Of a stretch of DNA of 64,000 nucleotides, positions 48,685 to 61,476 are shown one piece after another. The position numbers and the translations under genes were made by a program. The notes under the pieces are model-generated. The model ran no database searches. It was not told the origin of the DNA and worked only from the letters and a program-made list of their open reading frames with translations. Positions within the stretch are counted from its first letter, which is position 1. Each line of letters begins with the position of its first letter. The DNA lies in assembly GCF_009914755.1 (NCBI RefSeq), contig NC_060934.1. One strand, 5' to 3'. Source of the DNA: the human T2T-CHM13v2.0 reference genome, Homo sapiens.

Positions 48685-50112
48685 TTTACTCTCTTTTTCA
48701 TAAACAATTCTTAACTTGCTTCTGGGCCTTAATAGAGTTATGGGCCATCAAGTTACCTTGGAAGCTGAGCTGTCCATTATGTACTGGGTTTTAGCTGATC
48801 TAGAAAAATAGTACACCAAAATTCATACTAAGCCCTGAAGTTGGGCATGTATAACATGTACATAGCAGCACTCCATCATCAAATGGAGGTGATGTACATG
48901 TGATCAGGGCCAAGTAGGCCCTGAAGGCACAGTAAGTTACATGAAGAAGTGGCCCAAATGCCCATGGTCCCCACTCCTGCTCCACTTTCTTTTCTCTTTC
49001 AGCATGAACCTATAGCCTCATGGAGAGTTCCATATGATCAAATAACAGAGGAAGGATAAATTCAATCTGGTTTACAGATAGTTTTGCATAATATGCATGT
49101 AATATCCAAAACTGGACAACTGTCGCAATACAGCCTTTTCCTGGGACACCTCTGAAGGACAGTGGTGAAGGGAAATCTTCCCCCTGGGCAGAACTTCCAG
49201 CAGTGCACCTGGTTGTTCATTTTGCTTGGAAGGAGAATTGGCTGGATGAGCAATTATAGACTGACTTATAAGCCATGGCCAATTGTTTGGCTGCATAGTC
49301 GTGGGCTTGGAAGGAACAGGATTGGAAAATTGGTGATAAAGAAATCTGGGAGAGAGATACATAGACAGACCTCTCTGAATGGGCAAAAAACATGAAGATA
49401 TTTGTATACTATGTGAATGCTCACTAAAGGGTGACCTTTAGTGCCACCTGGACCCCTTGGGATCCTTATATCTCTAAGTCAACAGGCTAAGCAGGGTGTT
49501 ATGGTGTTGGCTGGCACAACTGATCCCGACTGTCAAAGGGAAATTGGACTGCTTTGCTAAAATGGTAGCAAGAAAGAGTATATCTGGAATAGAGGAAGTC
49601 ACTTAGGGTGTGTCTTAGTGTTATGCCCTGTGATTATAGTCAATAGAAAATGACAACAACCCAATCCAGGCAGGACTACTAATGGCCCAGACTCTTCAGG
49701 AAAGGAAGCTTGGATCACTGTACCTCGTAAAGAATCATGACCACCTGAGGTACTTGCTGAGGGCAAAAGGAATACAGAATGGGTAACGGAAGAAGGTAGC
49801 TATACATATTAATATCGGCTATGACCACATGATCAGTTACAGAAGTGAAGACTGTAATTGTTATGAGTATTTTTTCCTTATTTTGTTGTGAATGCATTTG
49901 TGCATTTTTGTTTTATTTCCCTCCGTTATCCTGTTATTATGTAGTGTAGGAGATATTGACTTATAGTACTTAAGTACTCTTTAATTTTACAACATAGTAT
50001 TTAAGTTATAGAATATAAGGGAGAAGAGTTAACATCACTCAAGAACTTTGTATCCTCTTCTGGGGAAAGAATATGTTTTTTGTTGTACGCAGAATACTTT
50101 ATCATGTATGAG

Positions 50113-50270
50113 TTTATTATTGTTGTTATTTGGAGATTAATATGGTTTAAGAAGATGTGTATGGGTGCGAAGTTTATTATTTTATTATTGTTATTTGGAG
50201 ATTAATATGGTTTATTATTGTTGTTATTTGGCGATTAATATGGCTTAAGAAGATGTGTATGGGTGCGAAG
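50113..50270. repeat. Local triplication (60 bp full, 38 bp partial, 60 bp full)
   Basis: TTTATTATTGTTGTTATTTGGAGATTAATATGGTTTAAGAAGATGTGTATGGGTGCGAAG at 50113-50172 and at 50211-50270 (2 mismatches), with a partial copy between. Confidence 0.93.
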
Positions 50271-50287
50271 TTGACAAGATTTGCACT

Positions 50288-50758
50288 TGTGATAGTTAAT
50301 TTTATGTATTAACTTGGTTGGGCCACAGGGTGCCTACATATGTGGTCAAACATTATGCTGGATGTTTCAGTGAAAAATGTTTTTGGATGAGATTGATGGT
50401 TAAACTGGTAGACTTTGGGTAAAGCAGATTACTCTGCATAACGTGGCGTACCTCATTCAATCAGTTGAAGCTCTCAGTGGAACAAAAGATTGACCTCCTC
50501 CAAGAGGAAATGAATTCTGCAAGCAGATGATGGCCTTTGGACTTGAATTACAACATCAGATCCTCCCTGGGTTCATGCCTAATGGCTTTCAGATTTGAAC
50601 TGGAACATTGACTTTCCTGGGTATCCAGCTTGCAAGCCTTCAGACTGGAAGTGAAACATTGGTTCTTTCATGGATCTGTAGCCTACTAGCTCACTTTGCA
50701 GATTTTGGACTTGCCAGAACAATTGGTTCTGTTTATCTGGAGACCTCTGACTAATACA
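50288..50758 (+). mobile_element. MLT2 (C/D-type) 3' LTR of the ERV-L
   Basis: TGTGATAGTTAATTTTATG...GGGCCACAGGGTGCC...AAAGCAGATT...CTGACTAATACA, directly after the internal region. Confidence 0.9.
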
Positions 50759-51433
50759 GCTTTCAACCCAGCAAACGTCTCCACAAAGGTAGAAGAGGAG
50801 GAAGACCGTTTTATTATTGAATAAACATTAAATCACAATGTGATGCACACCACAGGCAATCTGCTAAAGAGATTGGAAAGACAGAAAGAGATCTCACTCT
50901 TCCATATAGCTACACAAATACAACCCCTCACATACATGTTTTCAAGATAAGCAATGACTACTCTTCAAGTAAAAGGACTTGACAGCATCATTTGTCATAG
51001 CTTGTGGTAAATTCATCTGGTCATTGCAGTCACCCTCTCCAATTATCCTTTGGATAATTGGTGTTATTCAAAGGAAAAACTAAACTTCTCATACCTTTAT
51101 GACAGCACGTAGTTAGTCTTGGAGTAAGGTGCCCACCTAAGTGAGGCTCCACGCCTCTGACAGAAACTGGGAGATAGGGTACTGTCTTGCATTATAATTA
51201 CATTTCAAAGAGATGGCTCCCAGGTCCTTGAGATTCCTAGTTTGTAAAGTTGCCAAAAGGCTTATTTAGATTTTAAAAAGATTGACACACATCTCAAAGG
51301 GACATAGAAGGAATTTATCGTAACAAGTTTTCTAAAGAAAATGCTCTGAAAGCAAAAGGGGAAAAGGGTGTCTCTCTTTTTGGGGCAGGGAAAGTTAACC
51401 TTTTTCTTTTTTTGATTTGTATTTACCCTTACA
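50759..51433 (-). mobile_element. ERV1-class LTR (MER89-like), 3'-truncated at the MLT2 junction
   Basis: Reverse complement begins TGTAAGGGTAAATACAAATC...AGAGCATTTTCTTTAGAAAACTTG; AATAAA near the end; subfamily tentative. Confidence 0.65.
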
Positions 51434-51565
51434 TTATTCATCATTAGCTTTGGAAGTTCATCTTTGCTATTGGTATGGGCAGTAATTCATTAATCTTCAC
51501 AAGTAGTAATTCACTGTATAACTACAAGAATTTATTTATGTATTCTCTTGTCAATGAACATTTGG

Positions 51566-51649
51566 TTGCTGCTGCTGCTGCTCCTCCTCCCCTCCTCCTC
51601 CTCCTCTTCCTCCTCCTCCTCCTCCTCTTCTTCTTCTTCTTTTTTTTTT
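51566..51649. repeat. Compound trinucleotide microsatellite (GCT)n(CCT)n(CTT)n + T-run
   Basis: Visible directly; lies at the A-tail position of an antisense Alu. Confidence 0.93.
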
Positions 51650-52149
<500 letters not shown>

Positions 52150-53334
52150 TATTTCTAATTTTTACGTGTTTTTCAGTTAGTCATTTGTCTTTTCCTTCTT
52201 GATTTATGAGAATTGTTTATGCTTATGCTCTACCGATTGCAATAGTATCTTCTAGGCTGATATTTGATTTTACATTTTCTTTTAAAATATCTGTTGATAA
52301 AAAGAAACCTTCACAATTTTAATGAGTCAAGTTTATTTATTTTTCAGTCATGTTTTATGCTTTGTATCCTGTTTAAGAAAGTCTTCCTTACCACAGGGTC
52401 CCCAGAATACTAACCTATATGTTTTTTAAAATGGAAAAATCTCCTGTCACATTTACATCTTTAATCTAGAATTGATTTTTTTGTATGATGTGAGATAGAG
52501 TTCCCATTTCTTTTTATTTTAATGTGTTTAATCAATTATTCCAGCCTCACTGTTTTATAAATTCACTTTTCCAACATGATTATTTAAGCTCCAATTCATC
52601 TTTACTGATTTGCAATGCCTATTTTATCATATATTATGTTTTCTTGTATATGGGGGGGGTCTCTTTTTGAGGCAATTACAGAGGGTCCCAAGTGGTGAGG
52701 CTCATGCTCACTGATGTGACAAGGATAAATGGAATATACTGTACTTTTATTTTTGGCTTCCATTTCATTTAATCGTGCTATTGATTCTTTTGTTTCTTTA
52801 TCTTTCTTTCATTCTTTTGTCTTTTTATGACTTTTTAAAGGATGTTTTCCTTGTCTTTGGCTTTCTGAATTTTTACTATGCTGTGGCTATGCTGTGATTT
52901 TTCTGTTTCTTTTTCTTTATTAAATGAAACCTTGCTTGAGTATTTCTAAGCTTATAATTTCTAGAAAATTCTTAGACATTATTCTTTAGATATTGCCTAT
53001 GCCCTAACCTCTTTGTTCTTTCTGACTGTGATTAGATATATGTTAAAACTTCTCATCCTATTCTCCAGACCTCTTAAATTATCTTGTTTTTTGGGCTGCA
53101 TTTGGCTAATTTCTTCAGGTATACTTAATTAATTTTTCCTTTGGTTTTGTTTCATGTGCTGGTTAACTCATCCCCTGAGTGTTGAACTTCAATGATTTTT
53201 TTTTTTAATCTTTAGAAGTTTTACTTGGTTCTTTGTCAAAACTGCTTGGTAATTTTTAATATTCTCCTGACCCTTGGCTATGGTTTTATTCTTTAAACAT
53301 TTTAATCCTTGATTATTTTCTATTCTGTGTATTC

Positions 53335-53800
53335 TAGTATTAATATAAACTTCCATGTATTAGTACTAGAATATTATAATATAAAATGGTATTAATATTA
53401 ATAATATAAAAATATCCTTACTTTATATTTTATAATTACCTTACAATAATTATTTTAAATAATTAAATGTTATAATAACATATTATCATAATATAATTAT
53501 GATAATAAAAATTATTACCATAATGCAATTATACAGTTACATTATGATTATTATAAAATAACATATTAATAAATTATAACTGTATAATGATAATTATATA
53601 ATGAATATATTATCATTATGATAATATAATATTAATATGATAACATTAATTTTAATTAGATTGATATATTACATATTTATATTAATATCAATATATTAAT
53701 GTATTATTAATAGTATATAACATTATGCTATATTAATGTATTAAATTGTGTTAAATATCTATTATAAAATGATATTAAATTATTATTAACATAAAATTCT
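53335..53800. repeat. Extremely AT-rich low-complexity (TA/TAA/ATT) tract
   Basis: About 460 bp consisting almost entirely of A and T. Confidence 0.92.
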
Positions 53801-54203
53801 GTGTATTGGGGCTCTGAATCTCTTTGTTATTTTTACTGACTCTCAAGATATCTTGTTTTCTTATGTAATTGATAATTATTTTGGTCTAATATTTCACTTT
53901 AGAAAATCACACTGGGGCTCAGTGGAAGATGCTTTCTTCCCAAGAGGATTTGTGTTGTCATACTCGGTCTACTTTAATTAATATTTTGGCTTCTGCTTCC
54001 CCAAATCATACACATGATATGAAACCAAGCCCCAGCCACATGTGGTGGCATTCTATGGTTAGAATTTTTTATGAGACTATTTTTATTCTTCTAATATATT
54101 TCTCTCCTTTAACTGAAGCTGGGACAGACAAGTTTTCTTCTTAGCTCTCTTAACTCTGCTGCAGGCCTGAGTTGCCCAGGTCATTCTTCCACCTCGTTAG
54201 AGG

Positions 54204-54703
54204 TTTATTTTTATTTTTATTTTTATTTTTTTTATTATACTTTAAGTTTTAGGGTACATGTGCACAATATGCAGGTTTGTTACATATGTATACATGTGCC
54301 ATGTTGGTGTGCTGCACCCATTAACTTGTCCTTTAGCATTAGGTATATCTCCTAATGCTATCCCTCCCCCCTTCCCCCACCCCACAACAGTCCCCGGAGT
54401 CTCATGTTCCCCTTCCTGTGTCCGTGTGTTCTCATTGTTCAGTTCCCACCTATGAGTGAGAACATGCGGTGTTTGGTTTTTTGTCCTTGCGATAGTTTGC
54501 TGAGAATGATGATTTCCAGTTTCATCCATGTTCCTACAAGGGACATGAACTCTTCATTTTTTATGGCTGCATAGTATTCCATGGTGTATATGTGCCACAT
54601 TTTCTTAATCCGGTCTATTGTTGTTGGACATTTGGGTTGGTTCCAAGTCTTTGCTATTGTGAATAGTGCCGCTATAAACATACGTGTGCATGTGTCTTTA
54701 TAG
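54204..54703 (-). mobile_element. Young L1PA (about PA2-PA4) 3' end, 5'-truncated, ~500 bp
   Basis: TTATTATACTTTAAGTTTTAGGGTACATGTGCAC...; ORF 54439-54681 is the L1 ORF2 C-terminus (MFIAALFTIAKTWNQPKCP...MFSLIGGN). Confidence 0.96.
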
Positions 54704-56244
54704 AGTTGTTTGTTTTGATGGGGGGCTTATGTCCAGCAGTCGTTACTCTGGCAAAAACCCACAGTCTAATCCTCAGTTATCCAGCTGCCATGATCTCAGT
54801 CCCCAAAGCTTGAGGCTCCTCTTATTGGCATTTGCCTCCAGGACCTTTCCAACTTCATATTCTCTTTCTCACTGTGTTTGTGGCTTATTATTATTATCAT
54901 CATTTTTTTTGCCTTTGGGAATTTTTCTGGACTTTGTTTTTAGCTTAACAATGCATTTAAAAGTATGTGGGTTTTAAAAAAATGTATCTTTTTTTGTGTG
55001 TCATGGGTTGGGGTAGAGGGATTAGAATGTTAGTCCCCAAATGGCCAGAAACAAAATTCTCACCATATTTTCAGAGATACAAGGAACCAACATTTCAATT
55101 ACTCTGAACTTTCAGGGAAAAAGAAAATAAGTGATTATCTTGTGATGTGTGAAAGCATGTTGCAAATGACTCCAAATTTTGGCAGGTGCAGGGGATGATT
55201 TGTGAGGTATCACAAAGGGGTGACATTTTACTTTAACCAAGCTTCTGCAATGCCTGCAGTACAAAAGAGACTAATTTATTAATTCCATTCTCTATCTTAC
55301 TGTAAAGCTGTTGCTCTAAATTACTTTGAAAAGGCTGTAGATTATATTCCAATTCTTGTAGGTAGCCCTAGATATACAGAAAGTCACAATCATGGAATTC
55401 CTAATAAAATTTTCTCAGCTGAGTTTCTGTTCTAAGATCCTTCTTTCTGACAGTATCTACAGTGCTGATTTTATCTTATAACTGATGTAACTTCGGCATC
55501 AGCCTCACATGTAGAAAGTACTAATTTCATTTTCATAATGAACCAAGTAATACCACTTCGATAATGGATTGAAGTGTTTTATATAAATCATATTAAAGAT
55601 GTAAAACTTGGGAAATTGAAGATTTTGAGTTAACACAGGAAAATCTAAATGTCCTTCTGGCTTATTTTTTCTTTCCCAGTTCATTCTGCAGACAACTATG
55701 AGACTCTTTTCTGAAAGCAAAAATCTCAGTATACAGGCCTTTCTCTACTTAAGAAACTTTAAAAATTCTGCTTTTTCTAATTCCTTCTTAGACTTTTCTA
55801 TTTGGATGCTCAGTTTACAGTCAAATGCTATCTGCTTGATTACAAGACTTTTATTCCATTAAACCAAGATTTATTGATGCCTTCCTTTATATTGTATTCT
55901 GTGCAAGGCAAGGTGAGTCAAAGATGAACTACTCATCGTCCTACCTTCCAGGGGACATTTAGTCCAACATGGGCAGTCGGAGTGGGGGCAGAGAGGAACC
56001 AAAAGCATGTTGTAAAAAGTCACATGCTGTTTTAAGGTCTATAGTGGAAGTTTCAGTAAGTAATTATTTTCTTAATTTTCATGGCATTTTATCTTTATGT
56101 CTTATGTGGCATCATCACTTTCTTCTTTTAGTATCTTTACCTCTTCTATGATATTAAAGTTTTTGAGAAGCAACATATAGATAGTATGCTTTGTGATATA
56201 TATATATTTTTAATCCTTCAACACATTTAGTGGAGTGCCTTACA

Positions 56245-56720
56245 TGGAAAAATAACAATAACAGAATAACAGTAATGCCAATAATTAAATAAATCACTTA
56301 AAAATGGTTAACTTTGGCCAATATGGTGAAACCTGTCTACTAAAAATACAAAAATTAGCTGGGCATGGTGGTGTACACCTATAATCCCAGCTACTTGGGA
56401 GGCTGAGGCAGGAGAATCACTTGAACCCAGGAGGGGGAGGTTGCAGTGAGCCTAGATCATGCCACCACTGCACTCAGGCCTAGACAACAGAACAAGACTC
56501 CATCTCAAAAAAAAAAAAAAAAAAAAAAAGACCACTGGTTAACTATGTACTAGTCTGTGTTCTAGAGTTTTATGTATATTAATTCTAATTCACACCATAG
56601 CTGGTGAAATGCGAACAATTGTTGTCCTCATTCAACTTATGAGGGATCTGAAGCACAAGTAAATTCAATAACTTGCCCCAGTTCACGTAGCTAGTATGTA
56701 GAATCCAGAGCTGGGATACA
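56245..56720 (-). mobile_element. MIR split by an Alu
   Basis: CACTTA[Alu]CTATGTAC...GAGGGATCTGAAGCAC...ATAACTTGCCCCAGTTCACGTAGCTAGTA. Confidence 0.65.
56315..56529 (+). mobile_element. AluS, 5'-truncated
   Basis: Starts mid left arm (TGGCCAATATGGTGAAACC); long A-tail; TGGTTAACT on both flanks. Confidence 0.94.
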
Positions 56721-58696
56721 ATAGATACTTAGAAAATATAGATTGAAGACATAGTAAATTATTATTAGATACCTTTTTAAAAAACTAAAAACCTTAAACA
56801 CAAAAGCCTTGGAAATTCTAATACTAATTTGGATTTTGGATTGCATCATTGGCAAGGACAGTAAAACTATATCTGCGTTAAAGGACTTTATTCATGTCTG
56901 ATAGGAAGCCTGTTCGTGTCTTTACCCGAAGACATGAAAGATTGACACGTTTTACCTCTAGGAGTTCTTTGATTTTGTTGTTCTGTTTCTCAAGTTGGAC
57001 AGTCCTCAAAGGACAGAAACTTCATTGGCATGCTAGACATTTCTTGTGTATTACATGGAAACTTCCCAATGTTCTGAATATAAATAAGCTTTACCTGCAA
57101 TGCATAACAACTGACTTGCTCACTCACATATTAATGGAGCACACTGAACTGAAAGTCATTTGGAAACCTGGACCATTTTTGACTTCGTGGTCCTTTACCT
57201 TCGGGCCCTAAAATATTCGTAGCTTGTTGGAGTTAGAAAGGGCTTTAGGAATCACACAGTCTAACTGTCTCCTTTTACAGGCCGGGAAGCTATGGTTAAG
57301 AGAAGCTCTGACTCACCCTCAGCCACACTATAAATTAACAGAGAACGGCAATGAGAACAGTCCTGGTGAGAGATAAGACTGACATGCACAGAATAATCAT
57401 GGACATGATCAAGGATAACATGAGTTATTACTATGAAAACAAAACTGTGTAAACCATTCCCTGTATTCGAGTAATTTATACTTAGAGAACAATACGGGGG
57501 CAGAAGTAGTTACACTACAAAGTGGTCTGATAGGGTCTACACACATGATAGATGCTAGATTATATGGGATTGTGGAGGAATGATGGGTGCATTTTGGCTG
57601 TTGTATTCGTTTTTTCATTTGAAATATTTTTATCTAGCATATGTTCCAGGGGAATGCAGCAGAATTTAGATTGACCAGGGATCTTGTGTTCTGGGGAAGA
57701 AGTGATTAAAAAATTGAGACTAATGCAAAATTGCAAAAAGTATGGTTTTGTTAATTAGGAAATAGGCATCTATTATGAGAATAATATAATTTAAACCTTG
57801 GCTTGGGATGATTTCTTTGTGGTCACACAACGGATGAGAGAGATGGAGTTCATTAGCAGGAACAGTAGTGCTGAAACTCTTTCAATAGTCTGTGTATGAG
57901 ATGCTGCTAGAAGAGTGGGAACAGAAGGAATTGGAGAGAAGCAATGGTTTTTGTTGTTGTTTCAAGAATTTCAGAGAATGAAGAAATTGTTCTACTGCAT
58001 GGGATAAACATGACTTCATATATTTCAATGCACCATTGTAGCAGCAAACAGTTTTTACTATCAGCCATTAAGAGTTTACCATGTGTAATTACAAATGATA
58101 GGAAGCAATTATAAGCAAAGAGATTCCAAATAATATAAGAGAGTCTTCCAGGCAACCTTTGGCCCAGAAGGTACTATGTCCCTGCCTAAAGCTGGGAAGA
58201 TCTGAAACCTCACACAGAAGAAAGCTTATGGCAGGAGGCATTGTTCAGAAGGTAGAGGTCAGTTTCAAAGCACATCTTTGTTTCTGTCCTTTATTCTCTA
58301 TGCATTTTAAAATGGCTGAGTTCAGGCTGCAGATAAAATTTTGAATCTGATTCTTCTCAGGCATTATTAGAATTTTTTGGTGGCATAAAAAGTCTTGGTA
58401 AGCGTAATTGTTAAGCATATTCATGTCTTTGTACATAAACCTTTGCTGATATTTCAAATTATCCCCCTAGGAAATGTTACTAGAAGAGAAATGAATGGAC
58501 CATTTCCAGTTACTTTTGTTCCTAATAGTTTTTGCATTATTCTTGAGAATGTAGGAAATTGAAGAGGTGGAGAGTCTTTCATTATTCCTTTCAAATGCAA
58601 ACATGAAAAGTTGAACCTGAATTATCAAAGCATGTCAATGGCTGGCTCAGAATGAAATAATAGTGATTACTTGAATGGCTGATGACTTGGTTCTAG

Positions 58697-59475
58697 TGAT
58701 ACAGACAGGAGGCAGGGAAATACTGGGTAGAAGAGGGCGGGGTCCCTGGTGAAGCCCTACCCTCAAACCTGGAACTGTGGCTCAAAGTGAGAACATGCAT
58801 TCCTGTTTCCTGCTTGAATGTTGCCTTTTCTAAACCCACCCATGGCCTGCCCTGCCCTGCATCCTGTACCCGTAAAAACCTCGGGTTACTCTGACAGCAG
58901 AGTGGCAGAGAGGAGAGAAGAGAGGAAGGAGCTTGACGTTGGTGAGAAGCAGCTTGACTTCAGAGGTGGGGCTTGATGGCGGTATCTTGGAGAAAAGTTT
59001 GGCTGGGGACAGCTGAACTCCAGGGGAAGATCACCTTCCTGCTCCATCCCCTTCCCAGCTCTCCATCCCACTGAAAACCACTTTCATCAGCAATAAAATT
59101 CCCTGCATTTACCATCTTCAATTTGTTCATACAACCTGATTATTCCCAGATGCCAAACAAGAGCTTGGGATACAGACGGCTGTCACATTGAGCTGTTAAA
59201 CACTGAAGCCCCCCCCCGTGGACAGCAAAGCTGAAAGAGTGCACTGTAACACACACCCTCTGGGGCTCCAGGGGGTCACAGGTACCCCCCTAGATGCTGC
59301 CATGGGGCCTCAGGGAGTTCTGCTCCTGCCAGCGCCCAGAAGCACTTGTCCTGGCCCCTGTACCTGCTCACCTGCGTGCTCCTCCTCCTGTGAGGGGTTG
59401 AGAGTTGCAGGCTGAGTAAACGAGCCACCCCTTTTGCCAGCCCCGTGAAGGGGTCCGGGAAAATTTCCTGTTTTA
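58697..59475 (+). mobile_element. MER50 ERV1 solo LTR
   Basis: TGATACAGACAGGAGGCAGGGAAATACTGGGTAGAAGAGGGCGG start; AATAAA at ~59092; flanks CTAG / CTAC (4-bp TSD, 1 mismatch). Confidence 0.88.
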
Positions 59476-59484
59476 CTACGGCTT

Positions 59485-59630
59485 TTATATATTGTCTTCT
59501 TTAGGCTTTGAAAGAATTCTGAGTCAGGTATTATTATTCCCACTTTGCAAGTGTAGAAACTGAGGCTGTGAGGGTTAGCCAATGCCTGCAAACTGCTATG
59601 TTTGACTCCAGAGCCTATGCTCTCAATCCG
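59485..59630 (-). mobile_element. MIR
   Basis: ATTATTCCCACTTTGCAAGTGTAGAAACTGAGGCT...TGACTCCAGAGCC. Confidence 0.75.
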
Positions 59631-60364
59631 ATGAGACAAATAAATAAAGCTAGATGATAACCTGAATGAGAACATCCAAGCCATTCCTGGTTTACCCTTA
59701 ACCCCGCGAGGGAACTATTTCCTCACCTTAAAACATCCCTTTCATCCTCCCTTCTAGACTTACACACTCGGCTGAAGTTGTTTTCCTCACCATTAGATGT
59801 TAGCCGTTCTTCCTGATTCCACCTTTAACTGCACAGCCCTCGTAACTATAACTACAGTGTAGTTAGACCTTACTGTAGTACCTGTGTATTTAAGATACAT
59901 TAACTTAGCCTGTAGTTCATTCTGTAGTGTAAATTCAGTTTTGCCATCAACGTAAAGTTAGATGTATAGAAGGCCTTGAAAGACTAAACATTTTTCGATG
60001 TGATGTTTGCAAGACTTTGGTCCCCCAGGTATTTCTCCCCACCCTTCTGGCTAAACCCCAATTGTCCATTCAACAGCTGCTGAGCCATGCATTCATATCT
60101 GGGGCTCTTCCCTGCTTCGTGCTTAGCATAACCTGTTTCCTAAAACTTGCTGAGAATTTGAACACTAAATAATTCTTAGAACAGAATTGATTGGGCTTTC
60201 TCCTTTCATAAAAGATTTTCTACAGATAATTTAAGGATGTACTTTGAACTGAATTGACCTGACTGACATTTGAAGTTGCTTGTTTTAGTTACTGTTTGGG
60301 ACAACCAGGTAATTAGGGATTTTATAACTTCATGCCTCAATAATGATATAAAAAATATTGTAAA

Positions 60365-60580
60365 GTTATTTACTGAGCAATTATTCAGTATTAGGTTCTG
60401 AGCACTTTATAGACACCATGCCATTTACTTCTGAAAAGAAAGGTATAATGTACAATTACCAGCCCATTTAAAAAACAGTGAAACCAAGCTTAGTTTAAGT
60501 AACTTCCCAGATATTAGAAGGCAGAGCTTGGTTTTTAATCCAGATGTACTTGACTCCAAAGCCTGGGTTCCTAACCTCTA
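60365..60580 (-). mobile_element. MIR
   Basis: ATTTACTGAGCA...TAAGTAACTTCCCAG...GGCAGAGCT...TGACTCCAAAGCC. Confidence 0.7.
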
Positions 60581-61183
60581 CAAAGCCTATTCCCGCCTAT
60601 CCATCCCTGAAAACAATCGGAAATTCAAACTGAGGCATAATTCAATTATGCTTGTTTTTTATATAACCAGGTTGCTTAATTGCATAGTAAAATTTACTGT
60701 TTGATCAACAAATTATAATTATACTTCAAATGGGTCTTTTATTGGCTTGCTTTACTCTCAAAGTACGTTTTTAAAAAATAAATGTGAATGAAACAAAAGG
60801 GAACGAAAGCAATTTACTGGGCCTAAAAGTCCATTAATTTGTGTTTCAATCACACCTTTGAAGATCACAGAGCAATGTTTAAATAAATATATCTCTTTTA
60901 TGGTCTAAAAGTATCAAATTGTGTGTTTTATTTAAATTTTAAGAAAATTATCAGGATTGCTTGACAGTGCATTTGTCTAAATGACATTTTTTCCAGATAA
61001 TTTCCATTGAAAAATCATTTCATTAATGCTTTTTATAAATGTCATCATTAAGGAATATATTGGCCATTTATTTGTACTTTTACTGAGATGGAGGCAAATG
61101 ACCAGCAAAAGCTTAGCTAGTAAAGAACCCCAAACCTGTGAATTCTTGCTGTTTATCAAGTCTTTAAGATCTAAAGGGCAGCT

Positions 61184-61476
61184 AGCCGGGCACTGTGGCT
61201 CATGTCTGTAATCCCAGCACTTTGGGAGGATGAGGTGGGCGGATTACCTGAGGTCAGGAGTTTGAGACCAGCCTGGCCAACATGGTGAAACTCCATCTTT
61301 ACTAAAAATACAAATATTAGCTGGGCATGGTGGCACATGCCTGTAGTCCCAGCTACTCAGGAGTCTGAGGCAGGATATCACTTGACCCAGGAGGTGGAGG
61401 TTGCAGTGAGCTGAGACTGTGCCACTGCACTCCAGCCTAGGTGACAGCAAGCCTCTTTCTCAAAAAACAAAAAAAG
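61184..61476 (+). mobile_element. AluS (Sx-like)
   Basis: Full dimer; 18-bp TSD AAGATCTAAAGG(G/A)CAGCT. Confidence 0.96.

Larger units (their letters stand above)
52780..55050 (-). mobile_element. HAL1/L1M ORF1-5' region remnant, interrupted by an AT tract and L1PA
   Basis: CTAGAAAATTCTTAGACATTATTCTTTAGATATTGCC, TTGGGCTGCATTTGGCTAATTTCTTCAG, TAGAAGTTTTACTTGGTTCTTTG. Confidence 0.5.

Noticed and set aside
50530-50685. Three diverged ~50-bp repeats with spacer-like gaps (CRISPR-like look)
   Set aside because: These are internal tandem units of the MLT2 LTR; the DNA is eukaryotic and there are no cas genes.
58697-59475. GC-rich stretch resembling a promoter or CpG island
   Set aside because: Explained by the MER50 LTR; CpGs are depleted.
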